A stretch of 64,000 nucleotides of DNA, taken from the NCBI GenBank assembly GCA_036785375.1, contig JAWMAR010000424.1, forward strand, positions 558,001 through 622,000, given 5' to 3'. The translations under genes and the position numbers were made by a program. Origin of the DNA: Leucoraja ocellata. Taxonomy: Eukaryota. The notes beneath the pieces were generated by a model that saw only the letters and a list, made by a program, of their open reading frames with translations, searched no databases and was not told the origin of the DNA. Shown here one piece after another: positions 26,886-39,521 of this stretch (the first letter of the stretch is position 1; each line of letters opens with the position of its first letter).

Positions 26886-27629
26886 AAAGCATTCAGACAT
26901 TACGTAGTTAAGTAAAGAAACTGATGCTTTAAATGAAAGAAAAGTTTTTTAAAAAGTTACCCCTCCCAACCTTGGGGGGGAAACTAAGGGACAGAACTTA
27001 AAATGGTACGTGCAAACACCCCCAGTCCGGTTATGGGTTTGTTATAAAACCGGTGGACCGTTATTTCATTCGTCCATCCTGCAGCCACTAGGATGTCGTC
27101 AAGGGGCACGTCCATAGATCTTGCTGCTGACGTAGATGCAGCCCTGGTGGAGTGAGATTTAACCATATAAATGTTTACTCCTGCTACCGCCATTACCTCT
27201 TTTGACCATCTGGAGATGGTTTGAGTTAACACCTTTTGGTGTGGTTTTTTTATGGCTGATGAGGACCGATTGTTCTGAGCCTCCGTAACTCTCAGATAGC
27301 GGTGTTAGTATGTTACCACCCACACAACCGTTGGTCCTCTGGATATGCCAAGAACTGGATCTCCATCCCTGGCATTCCTGGCCTGCTCTGTTTATCAGGT
27401 TCCTGATTAGGAATGTTATGTTGTTCATATTGGTGGTCATGTAGTCCAACCGTAGCTTTTGCAATGTCTGGACTCTGTCAGCATACCACCTTCAGGGTTA
27501 GTTATAGGCGCTCCCCACTGTCAAAGTAGGATTTGTACCATGCTCACATCCCATGTGTCAGTGTACCTTGGCCTTGGAGGTCTTAAATTGTAAATTCCCT
27601 TCATGAATTTTGTTGTAAAGGGGTGCGTT

Positions 27630-28097
27630 CCATATAACAATTACAGCACGGAAACAGGCCATCTCGACCCTTCTAGTCCGTGCCGAACACATAATCTCCC
27701 CTAGTCCCATATACCTGCGCTCAGACCATAACCCTCCATTCCCTTCCCATCCATATAACTATCCAATTTATTTTTAAATGATAAAAACGAACCTGCCTCC
27801 ACCACCTTCACTGGAAGCTCATTCCACACAGCTACCACTCTGAGTAAAGAAGTTCCCCCTCATGTTACCCCTAAACTTCAGTCCCTTAATTCTCAAGTCA
27901 TGTCCCCTTGTTTGAATCTTCCCTACTCTCAGTGGGAAAAGCTTTTCCACGTCAACTCTGTCTATCCCTCTCATCATTTTAAAAACCTCTATCAAGTCCC
28001 CCCTTAACCTTCTGCGCTCCAAAGAATAAAGCCCTAACTTGTTCAACCTTTCTCTGTAACTTAGTTGCTGAAACCCAGGCAACATTCTAGTAAATCT
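27630..28097 (-). mobile_element. CR1 3' fragment nested in DIRS (same subfamily as 23527-25570)
   Basis: Near-identical to the 3' end of the 664-aa ORF (PGFQQLSYRERLNKLGLYSLERRRLRGD). Confidence 0.9.
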
Positions 28098-31000
28098 ATC
28101 GAACTGTGCCCTGCTTCCGGCATCAGATAGGAGGAGAGTGCGCCTCTGGCACAATAGATGCACTATAACTTAGTTTATAGTTATAGTACAGTTAATAGGA
28201 ACTGCAAGACATCCGTTATCCGAACTGTGTTGTATTTGTTCGGACAGTCCTATGCCTTGAAATGGCCTCTTCAGAATCTGCAGACTAACAAGTTATACGT
28301 TCATGTAGTGGATGATTGCTCCCTGTAACTGGGTTCACTAGGAGGTCCCTGCTCTTGGGTACAGCCATTACTGGCTGGACTATAATTCCCAACATTTTTG
28401 GGGACCAGGCTTGAGTAGGCCAATCTGGCACTACCAATATGCCTGTGGCTTAGTCTTGCTTGATTTTTGTCAAGCATCGGTTTGTGAGACAAATTGGCGG
28501 AAAGTATACATAAACATTCCTCCCCAATTGAGGGAGAAAGCATCCACTGCCTTGCTCCTGGATCCAGCTCGCAGGACACATATCTGGGTAACTAATGGGT
28601 AGTCTAGAAGCAAATGGATCAACATCTGGTATGCCAAATCGTGTATTTATTTTGTTAAATACTGCCTGATTCAACATCCATTCTGTGTTGTTATTAAACA
28701 TTCGGGATCCAGCATCTGTCACCGTGTTATATCTACCTCGTAGATTTCCCAAATATTCCTCTCGATACACCAGTGCCAAATGAGGTTCGACAATCTGTCA
28801 TAAGATACAGATTTTACACCACCCTTGTTAATGGATATATGCCACCGCAGTGGTGTTATCAATCTGAATTTGAACAAGCACCGGTTGTATATTGCTACAG
28901 AAACCCTTGAGTCCATATTGTGCCCCCAACAATTCTGGGTAATTGATTCCATATGTTGGGGAATTACAGACTCCTGCTCATTCCATCTGCCCCCACAGCT
29001 CTAGACTGTGTTGGTGGCTCCCCTTAGCCGCTGGCATAGGTCTGAAGAACCCTCAATGGCTTTCAAGCAAAATTTCCCTGAGCTGTCTCCCATTCGTTAT
29101 CCACCATAGTTATCCAACAATGGCCTCTGCTGACAATCCAGTTTTGCCAATTCAGCCTGCATGTAATCTGAGTGTTCGTTCCTTTGCTTGCTGTAAGTTC
29201 TGGTAATGCAAAGGCCCGTACTGCTGGGAATGCAGCTACTATTTCCCAATTACACTCGCTGTTTGCCTGATAGATGGCTAGTATTTGACTATCAGGTCAT
29301 TGCAGGCTGAATTAATATTGTTGTTTGCCCCTAGGCAAAGTCACCAACATATTTACTGTTTTTGATAGTAAATTCTAGGTAATCAATTACCCTTGTAGGT
29401 GTCAATTTTGATTTAACTGGATGAATGAGGTAACCAATTCTTTCAAACAGGGTTTTGGTTTGCTTGACTGATGCTTCTGCCAATTCTTGGTGACTCCAAA
29501 ATGGAAATGTCCTCCAAATATGCCATTACCATGTGGTTTTGAGACCTTTGTAGTCCCAGAATTGGTTTCCGTAGTTTAGTCAATAGTCTAGGAGCTGATG
29601 AAAACCCATTTGGCAGAGCCATGCCATCCAGTTAAACTTCAAATATCTCCTGTTCTTAATGAATAGACACCGAATAGTATGCATCTTTGAGGTCGATGCA
29701 TGCCATGTGACCATTTTATAGGAAGCTCCTATAAAACAGTAGTTAGACCGTAACAAAAAATTGCTGTTTCTAAAAGTCTGTACTGCACAAATGAGTTAAA
29801 CCTGGATGAAATGACATCCTCCATCTGTCACCTGTCCTGGAAGGCAATCCTGCCCAAAATACTGGGCCTGCCTTGAAGACAATTCCAGTCCGAGTTCTAA
29901 GCCTGCTTGGAACCTATGTATGTTGTGCAGTAAAAAATAATCACATGTTGTTATCTGTTTTTTAAAACCAGATCTGAAATTCATGTTATTATCATTTTGA
30001 ACAAAAACACAAGAGTAAATTACCAACATGTAACTGGTCCATAATCCCTTGTTTCGGTAAACCCAGATCCACCTACCTCCATGGCTACCGGTGGTCTTGT
30101 GGTAAGCCCAAAGGCCCCTGATGCGGGTTCCTTTTCTCTCCTTGATTGGGAGTAGGTCTGGTAGGGAGTGTGGATTCCATGTTTCTCCTGACCTCTGCTT
30201 GGGTCTTGGTCTGAAAACCTTATCATACTGAGCCTGCCTTGTCGGACAATTCTGGCCATAATTCTGAGTCTGCCTTGAAAGACGACTGATCATATTTCCG
30301 TGCCCAGCTTTCAAGCTACCACCGGCTTCAGTGAACTGCTTACCCCCTATGGAGGTGTGGGGTGTGTTGTCGCCTACTGACGAAGTTTTGCTTGTCGTTG
30401 GTACCTTGATTGGTCCGACAGCTTTTGCTTCCTTCTTCTGGTCTTACCTGAAGATAGGATTCGACGGCTGGTTTCTCCAAAGTCACCCTGATAGCGCTGT
30501 TCCCTTGCCGGCATTTGTGCGGATATTCTGCCAACTGCTGTCTCTTGAGGCCATATGCATGTGCTTCAGTATGTTCATACTTTAATTCGAGATCAGTTAC
30601 CTACTGATCTCGAAGCCAAATTTCGTTTGAACGTTATGTGAGGTTCAAATGACAAATGAATGGTATTGTATAGTATTGTAATTCAAGATCAGTTACCTAC
30701 TGATCACTCACACTCCTCTCCATTGAGAGTGAGATTTGTAGGTAGCCCTGAAAACAGGGGCTGCCGCAGGCCCCTGAGGATACCTGCGCTGACATGGCCC
30801 CTCCAGCGGGCCTAAATGAGATTCTTGCTTTGGGTCAGACTGAAACTGACAGTGAATGCTCCTCTCCTCAGAGCAGGAGACATTTTCTAGATCTCTATCC
30901 AGGGAAGCACCCAGTGGAACCTGGGTGATTGCAGAAGTATTTCTTTTCTTTTGTGCTTATTATTTATTTTATGTAAAGCTTTTTGGTGCAAGTTAACTTA

Positions 31001-32712
31001 AACAGTGCTATATAAGTAAAAGTTACTTCCTTTCTTCTGCTTGTCCCTGGGAAGGTCCCCCCCCCTGCTTTTGTACTCTGCTTCAGAGTGGTTTCTTCCA
31101 TATGTACTTCCCCCTCCAATGGGGAAGACATTGGGTTGCCCCATTATGCGAGGCTCCCGGTACTGCCTGCTGCTGTAGGCCCCGGGCTGACACCGCTCTC
31201 TCCTTAGAGCAGATCATTGTTGGAGCAACTTCTCCAAAAGTTGCTCCTATGTGGGAGAGTCGTCCTCAGACACTCTCCGTTGAGGGAGGGTATCCCTTTC
31301 CATCCCCGGACTCTTCTGAGTCAACGGGTTGTTTGACTTGCGGGTGGATTTTCCCATACTGCAGGACCCCCAACGGAGCTCTCCTCCTGCAACAAGTCTC
31401 CTGCCGGCTCAGCTGCCGGCGCTGTGTCGGGAAACAGTTATGGTCTGAACGCAGGTGTATGGGACTAGGGGAGAATACGTGTTCTGCACGGACTGGAGGT
31501 GTCGAGATGGCCTGTTTCCGTGCTGTAGTTGTTATATGGTTATATGGTTAAACACCGTCGCCCGCTACTGGGAAATGCTGCGGTCTTCGGCAGCCGACTT
31601 CCCCGCGGACCGTATCCTCGACATCTGGGCCCTGAAACTACAAAAAGTTTCAAGCCCGAAAGAACGAGGTAAGTGTTTCAACTTTCCTTACCTGCCCATC
31701 CTAACGGCCTGGGAGAATGCAGTGCTTCTCCAGTCCATCGCACGTTGCGTTCAGACGTAATGACGCGCACGCAGACGGACGGCCCTTGTTCACGTATTCA
31801 CGTAAAATTAAAGGTAGACAAAAATGCTGGAGAAACTCAGTGGGTGGGGCAGCATCTATGGAGCAAAGGAATAGGCGACGTTTCGGGTCGAGACCCTTCT
31901 TTAGACTGATGTGGGCGGGGCGGTGTGGCGTGGAAAAAAAGGAAGATGTGGAGACAGTAGGCAGTGGAAGAGCTGGAAGGGGAGGGGAAGGAGGGTGAAT
32001 TCAAGGACTACCTGAACTTGGAGAAGTCAATGTTCATACCGCTGGGGTGTAAACTACCCAAGTAAAATATGAGGTGCTGTTCCTCCAATTTGCTCTGGAC
32101 ATGGAGGTGGCCCAGGACTGAAAAGTCGGATTCGGAATGGGAGGGGGAGTTGATGTGCTGAGCCACCGGGAGATCAGGTTGGTTATTGCGAACTGTGTGG
32201 AGGTGTTGGTGAAGCGATCGACAAGCCTGCGTTTGGTCTCACCGATATAGAGTAGTTGACACCTGGAAAAGCGGATGCAATAGATGAGGTTGGAGGAGGT
32301 GCAGGTGAACCTCTGCCTCAGCTGGAAAAACTGCTTGGGTCCTTGGATGGAGTCGAGGGGGGAGGTAAAGCGACAAGGGAAAGTACCAGAGGAAGGGGGC
32401 GATTTGGGTAGGAAGGGACGAATTGACCAGGGAATTGGTTCAGACAGTCCTTGCTTTCGCCCTCCTTCCGCTCCCCTTCATAGCTGTCCCACAGCCTACT
32501 CTCACTGCCTCTTCCTTTCTTTTTCCCGCCCCAGCCCCCCACATCAATGTGAAGAAGGGTCTCGACACAAAACGTTCCCTATTTCCTTCGCTCCATAGAT
32601 GCTGCCTCACCCGCTGAGTTACTCCAGCATTTTTGTCTACCTTCGTTTTTTCCAGCATCTGCAGTTCCTTCTTAAACATCAGGTTTAATTAAGCTCTTTT
32701 TTTATTCTGCAG

Positions 32713-32757
32713 ATTATGGCAAAAAAGAAAATGATGTCAATGAAAAAGTCGATGAAG
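32713..32757 (+). CDS. Gene A: micro-exon copy 3 (DYGKKENDVNEKVDE)
   Basis: ctgcag|...|gtaaaa; 45 nt, phase 1-1. Confidence 0.72.
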
Positions 32758-34402
32758 GTAAAAGTCTTGATTTCCAATAGTTACTGTATTTTGAATGTTT
32801 GCTTCAAATAGAAATTTAGATCATTACACATGATCCAAATGTTTTCAAAACACAAAGTGCTGGAGGAACTCGGTGGCTCAGGCTGAATCTGGAAGGAATG
32901 TTTAGTTTAGAGATAGAGCTCATAAACAGACCCGTCGGCCAACCGAGTCCGCACCGACCAACGATCACCACACACTAACAATATCCAATACTCGAGGGAC
33001 AATTTATAACTTTTACCGATGCCAGTTAACCTCCAAATCTGCACGTGTTTAGAGTGGGGGAGGTATCCGGAGAAACCCCACGTGGTCATGGGGAATGTCC
33101 AAACTCCACACAGACAGCACCTGTGGTCAGGATGGAGCCCGGGTCTCTGGTGCTGTGAGGCAGCAACTCTACCGCTGCGCCGCCCGTTATCTCTTCAAAC
33201 TTTACACCAGATTTATTTAATTATTTCTTTCACAACAACTTTTCATGTTGAATATTTGTTACTGATGTTGACAATAGATGATTTTGGATGTTCAGTTGTT
33301 TCAAATCTGTTTGGGTGTCATAGATCACGGGAAAAGGCCCATCGGCCCAACTTGCCCTTGTCAACCAAGGTGCCCCATCTAAACTAGTCCCACCTGCCCA
33401 CTATTGGCCCATATCCCTCTGAACCTATCCTATCCATGTTCCTGCCCAAGTGTTTAATACTCTGACTTTGTAAGTGGCAATTTGATTTGACTAATGTCAG
33501 GTATAATTAAAGGGAGACAAAATTGCTGGAGAAACTCAGTGGGTGAGGCAGGATCTATGGAGCAAAGGAATAGGCGACGTTTCGGGTCGAGACCCTTCTA
33601 TAGACTGATGTGGGCGGGGCGGTGTGGCGGGGAAAAAAAGGAAGATGTGGAGACAGTAGGCAGTGGAAGAGCTGGAAGGGGAGGGGAAGGAGGGTGAAAG
33701 CAAGGACTACCTGAAATTGGAGAAGTCAATGTTCATACCGCTGGGGTGTAAACTACCCAAGTAAAATATGAGGTGCTGTTCCTATAATTTGCTCTGGACA
33801 TGGAGGAGGCCCATGACAGAAAAGTCGGATTCGGAATGGGAGGGGGAGTTCAAGTGCTGAGCCACCGGGAGATCAGGTTGGTTATTGCGAACTGTGTGGA
33901 GGTGTTGGGCGAAGCGATCGACAAGCCTGCGCTTGGTCTCACCGATATAGAGTAGTTGACACCTGGAACAGCGGATGCAATAGATGAGGTTGGAGGAGGT
34001 GCAGGTGAACCTCTGCCTCAGCTGGAAAGATGCTTGGGTCCTTGGATGGAGTCGAGGGGGGAGGTAAAGTGACAAGGAAAAGTACCAGAGGAAGGGGGCG
34101 ATTTGGGTAGGAAGGGACGAATTGAACAGGGAATTGGTTCAGACAGTGCTTGCTTTCGCCCTCCTTCCCCTCCCATTCATTGCTGTCCCACAGCCTACTC
34201 TCACTGCCTCTTCCTTTCTTTTTCCCGCCCCACATCAATGTGAAGAAGGGTCTCGACCCAAAACGTTCCCTATTTCCTTCGCTCCATAGATGCTGCCTCA
34301 CCCGCTGAGTTTCTCCATCATTTTTATCAACCTTTAATTTTTCCAGCATCTGCAGTTCCTTCTTAAACATCAGGTTTAATTAAGCTCTTTTTTATTCTGC
34401 AG

Positions 34403-34447
34403 ATTATGGCAAAAAAGAAATTGATGTCAATGAAAAAGTCGATGAAG
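34403..34447 (+). CDS. Gene A: micro-exon copy 4 (DYGKKEIDVNEKVDE)
   Basis: ctgcag|...|gtaaaa; 45 nt, phase 1-1. Confidence 0.72.
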
Positions 34448-35739
34448 GTAAAAGTCTTCATTTCCAATAGTTACTGTATTTTGAATGTTTGCTTCAAGTA
34501 GAAATTTAGATCATTACACATGATCCAAATGTTTTCAAAACACAAAGTGCTGGAGGAACTCGGTGGCTCAGGATGAATCTGGAAGGAATGTTTAGTTTAG
34601 AGATAGAGCTCATAAACAGGCCCGTCGGCAAACCGAGTCCGCACCGACCAACGATCACCACACACTAACAATATCCAATACTCTAGGGACAATTTATAAT
34701 TTTTACCGGTGCCAATTAACCTCCAAATCTGCACGTGTTTAGAGTGGGGGAAGTATCCGGAGAAACCCCACGTGGTCATGGGGAATGTCCAAACTCCACA
34801 CAGACAGCACTAATTAAAGGGAGACAAAAATGCTGGAGAAACTTAGGGGGTGAGGCAGCATCTATGGAGCAAAGGAATAGGCGACGTTTCGGGTCGAGAC
34901 CCTTCTTTAGACTGATGTGGGCGGGAGGTGTGGCGGGGAAAAAAGGAAGATGTGGAGACAGTAGGCAGTGGAAGAGCTGGAAGGGGAGGGGAAGGAGGGT
35001 GAAAGCAAGGATTACCTGAAATTGGAGAAGTCAATGTTCATACCGCTGGGGTGTAAACTACCCAAGTAAAATATGAGGTGCTGTTCCTATAATTTGCTCT
35101 GGACATGGAGGAGGCCCAGGACAGAAAAGTCGGATTCGGAATGGGAGGGGGAGTTGATGTGCTGAGCCACCGGGAGATCAGGTTGGTTATTGCGAACTGT
35201 GTGGAGGTGTTGGGCGAAGCGATCGACAAGCCTGCGCTTGGTCTCACCGATATAGAGTAGTTGACACCTGGAACAGCGGATGCAATAGATGAGGTTGGAG
35301 GAGGTGTAGGTGAACCTCTGCCTCAGCTGGAATCACTGCTTGGGTCCTTGGATGGAGTTGAGGGGGGAGGTAAAGCGACATGTGTAGCGTTTCCTGCGGT
35401 TGCAAGGGAAAGTACCAGAGGAAGGGGGTGATTTGGGTAGGGAGGGACAAATTGAACAGGGAATGGATCCAGGTAGTCCTTGCTTTCACCCTCCTTCCGC
35501 TCCTCTTCACAGCTGCCCCACAGCCTACTCTCTCCGCCTCTTCCTTCCTTTTTCCCGCCCCAACCCCCCACATCAATGTGAAGAAGGGTCTCGACCCAAA
35601 ACGTTCCCTATTCCTTCGTTCCATAGATGCTGCCTCACCCGCTGAGTTTCTCCATCATTTTTATCTACCTTTGTTTCGTCCAGCATCTGCAGTTCCTTCT
35701 TGAACATCAAGTTTAATTAAGCTCTTTTTTATTGTGCAG

Positions 35740-35784
35740 ATTATGGCAAAAAAAGAAATGATGTCAATGAAGACGCCGATGAAG
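35740..35784 (+). CDS. Gene A: micro-exon copy 5 (DYGKKRNDVNEDADE)
   Basis: gtgcag|...|gtaaaa; 45 nt, phase 1-1. Confidence 0.72.
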
Positions 35785-37447
35785 GTAAAAGTCTTGATTT
35801 CCAATAGTTACTGTATTTTGAATGTTTGCTTCAAGTAGAAATTTAGATCATTACACATGATCCAAATGTTTTCAAAACACAAAGTGCTGGAGGAACTCGG
35901 TGGCTCAGGCTGAATCTGGAAGGAATGTTTAGTTTAGAGACAGAGCTCATAAACAGGCCCGTCGGCCAACCGAGTCCGCACCGACCAACGATCACCACAC
36001 ACTAACAATATCCAATACTCTAGGGACAATTTATAACTTTTACCGATGCCAGTTAACCTCCAAATCTGCACGTGTTTAGAGTGGGGGAGGTATCCGGAGA
36101 AACCCCACGTGGGCATGGGGAATGTCCAAACTCCACACAGACAGCACCTGTGGTCAGGATGGAGCCCGGGTCTCTGGTGCTGTGAGGCAGCAACTCTACC
36201 GCTGCGCCACTGTGCCGCCCGTGATCTCTTCAAACTTTACACTAGATTTATTTGATTATTTCTTTCACAACAAAGTTTCATGTTGAATAAAGTAGTTATA
36301 TTTGTTACTGATGTTGACAATAGATGATTTTGGATGTTCAGTTGTTTCAAATCTGCTTGGGTGTCATAGATCACGAGAAAAGGCCCTTCGGCCCAACTTG
36401 CCCTTGTCAACCAAGGTGCCCCATCTAAACTAGTCCCACCTGCCCACGATTGGCCCATATCCCTCTGAACCTATCCTATCCATGTTCCTGCCCAAGTGTT
36501 TAATACTCTGACTTTGTAAGTGGCAATTTGATTTGACTAATGTCAGGTATAATTAAAGGGAGACAAAAATGCTGGAGAAACTCAGTGGGTGAGGCAGCAA
36601 CTATGGAGCAAAGGAATAGGCGACGTTTCGGGTTGAGACCCTTCTTTAGACTGATGTGGGCGGGAGGTGTGGCGGGAAAAAAAGGAAGATGTGGGGACAG
36701 TAGGCAGTGGAAGAGCTGAAAGGGGAGGGGAAGGAGGGTTAAAGCAGGGACTACCTGAAATTGGAGAAGTCAATGTTCATACCGCTGGGGTGTAAACTAC
36801 CCAAGTAAAATATGAGGTGCTGTTCCTCCAATTCGCTCTGGACATGGAGGTGGCCCAGGACAGAAAGGTCGGATTCGGAATGGGAGGGGGAGTTCAAGTG
36901 CTGAGCCACCGGGAGATCAGGTTGGTTATTGCGAACTGTGTGGAGGTGTTGGGCGAAGCGATCGACAAGCCTGCGCTTGGTCTCACCGATATAGAGCAGT
37001 TGACACCTGGAACAGCGGATGCAATAGATGAGGTTGGAGGAGGTGCAGGTGAACCTCTGCCTCAGCTGGAATGACTGCTTGGGTCCTTGGATGGAGTTGA
37101 GCGGGGAGGTAAAGCGACAAGGGAAAGTACCAGAGGAAGGGGGCGATTTGGGTAGGAAGGGACGAATTGAACAGGGAATTGGTTCAGACAGTCCTTGCTT
37201 TCGCCCTCCTTCCCCTCCCCTTCACTGCTGTCCCACAGCCTACTCTCACTGCCTCTTCCTTTCTTTTTCCCGCCCCACATCAATGTGAAGAAGGGTCTCG
37301 ACCCAAAACGTTCCCTATTTCCTTCGCTCCATAGATGCTGCCTCACCCGCTGAGTTTCTCCATCATTTTTATCTACCTTTGTTTTGTCCAGCATCTGCAG
37401 TTCCTTCTTAAACATCAGGTTTAATTAAGCTCTTTTTTATTCTGCAG

Positions 37448-37492
37448 ATTATGGCAAAAAAGAAAATGATGTCAATGAAAAAGTCGACGAAG
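37448..37492 (+). CDS. Gene A: micro-exon copy 6 (DYGKKENDVNEKVDE)
   Basis: ctgcag|...|gtaaaa; 45 nt, phase 1-1. Confidence 0.72.
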
Positions 37493-38297
37493 GTAAAAAT
37501 CTTCATTTCCAATAGTTACTGTATTTTGAATGTTTGCTTCAAATAGAAATTTAGATCATTACACATGATCCAAATGTTTTCAAAACACAAAGTGCTGGAG
37601 GAACTCGGTGGCTCAGGATGAATCTGGAAGGAATGTTTAGTTTAGAGACAGAGCTCATGAACAGGCCCGTCGGCCAACCGAGTCCGCACCGACCAACGAT
37701 CACCACACACTAACAATATCCAATACTCTAGGGACAATTTATAACTTTTACCGATGCCAATTAACCTCCAAATCTGCACGTGTTTAGAGTGGGGGAGGTA
37801 TCCGGAGAAACCCCACGTGCTCATGGGGAATGTCCAAACTCCACACAGACAGCACCTGTGGTCAGGATGGAGCCCGGGTCTCTGGTGCTGTGAGGCAGCA
37901 ACTCTACCGCTGCGCCACTGTGCCGCCCGTGATCTCATCAAACTTTACACTAGATTTATTTGATTATTTCTTTCACAACAAAGTTTCATGTTGAATAATG
38001 TAGTTATATTTGTTACTGATGTTGACAATAGATGAGTTTGGATGTTCAGTTGTTTCAAATCTGCTTGGGTGAGACACTTAGTCATAGAGTCATAGTTCAC
38101 GGGAAAAGGCCCTTTGGCGCAACTTGCCCTTGTCAACCAAGGTGCCCCATCTAAACTAGTCCCACCTGCCCGATTGGCCCATATCCCCCTAAATCTATCC
38201 TATCCATGTTCCTGCCCAAGTGTTTAATACTCTGACTTTGTAAGTGCCAATTTGATTTGACTAATGTCAGGTTTAATTAAACTCTTTTATTCTTCAG

Positions 38298-38342
38298 ATA
38301 ATGGCAAAGCAAAAAATGATGTCAGTGAAGAAGTCAATAAAG
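38298..38342 (+). CDS. Gene A: micro-exon copy 7, most divergent (DNGKAKNDVSEEVNK)
   Basis: ttcttcag|ATAATGG...AATAAAG|gtaaaa; 45 nt, phase 1-1. Confidence 0.75.
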
Positions 38343-39521
38343 GTAAAAATCTACATTTCCAATAGTTACTGTATTTTGAATGTTTGCTTCAAATAGAAAT
38401 TTAGATCATTACACATGACCCAAATGTTTCCAAAACACAAAGTGCTGGAGGAACTCGGTGGGTCTGGCTGCATCTGGAGGTAATGTTTAGTTTAAAGATA
38501 GTGCTCAGAAACAGGCACTGTAGCCCACTGAGTCCGCACCGACCAACGATCACACATACTAACACTATCCAATACTCCAGGGACAAATTATAATTTTTAC
38601 CAATGCCAATTAACCTCCAAACCTGCACGTCTTTGGAGTGTCGGAGGAAACTGGAGAAACCCCACGCAGTCACAGGGAGAACGTACAAACTCCGTACAGA
38701 CAACACTCATAGTTAGGATCCAACTCTGTGACTGTACAGCAGCACCTCTACCGCTGCATCACGGTGCCGCCCGAATAGATAGACGCGCTTTGGGTTGGGA
38801 ACCTTCTTCAACCTCAGAGTCTAACGAAGGTCAGACGGATTGTAGGGAGGAGGAAAATGCTGTAAAAGAGGAGGGGCAGGAGAAAGCCTGGCAGGTAATA
38901 GGTTGTCACAGGTGAGGGTGCTTTTTGATAAGCAGGTGGAGATAAAAACAATCCTTTTGTGTTACACCTTCTGTATCAGCCCATTACCTGCTAGGCTTTG
39001 AACTGCCCCTCCTCTCTTCCAGCATTCCTCTCCCCCTACAATCAGTGAAGAAGGGTCCCGTACCAAAACATCACCTATCCATAATCCCCTCGATGCTGTC
39101 AGACCCGCTGACATACTCCTGCACTCTGTGTCTTTTTTTTGGTATGCGAGTGTGTGATTCACCATGTTCATAAGTATCTAGAAAGGGGGAAGTTAGTCCA
39201 GGGGAGTGTCTTTGTAGTGGATATGATATTTTTATGCATTTTCATTAGTGAAGCTTGAAGGTTTGAAGCTAACTTAGTTATTTTAGAAATACAGTGTGGA
39301 AACAGACCTTTCAGCACATTAAGTCATCCATACACTAGTTCTATCCGTTACTCGAGGGACAATTTACATGAAAGCAATTAACCTACAAACGTGCACATCT
39401 TTGGAGTGCAGGAGGAAACCGGAGCACCCGGATAAAATCCACATGGTCACAGGGAGAATCCATGAACTCCATCCAGACAGCACCCATAGTCCGGATCGAA
39501 CCCGGGTCTCTGGCGCTGTAG

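Larger units (their letters stand above)
25830..31806 (-). mobile_element. DIRS1-like tyrosine-recombinase retrotransposon (degenerate, with nested insertions)
   Basis: YR motif KSHSTRAASTS...AAGW...RFY (26984-27232), RNase H NTTAVAYI, DPFASRL, RT IDLKDAYYSV. Inverted termini at about 25905-25938 and 31761-31796; internal complementary region at about 26053-26132. Confidence 0.85.
20650..38780. repeat. Tandem segmental duplication, about 1-1.7 kb unit x7 (Penelope fragment + micro-exon + SINE), interrupted by CR1 and DIRS insertions
   Basis: Near-identical blocks recur, e.g. 'caggtttaattaagctcttttttattctgcagATTATG...gtaaaagtcttcatttccaatagttactgtattttgaatg', along with repeated near-identical ORF translations. 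Confidence 0.92.

Noticed and set aside
20650-38780. Regularly spaced repeats as a CRISPR-like array or rearranging gene segments
   Set aside because: The intervening sequences are themselves duplicated, not unique spacers. I saw no paired heptamer-spacer-nonamer RSS flanking the micro-exons or the V exon, and all have ordinary GT-AG boundaries.
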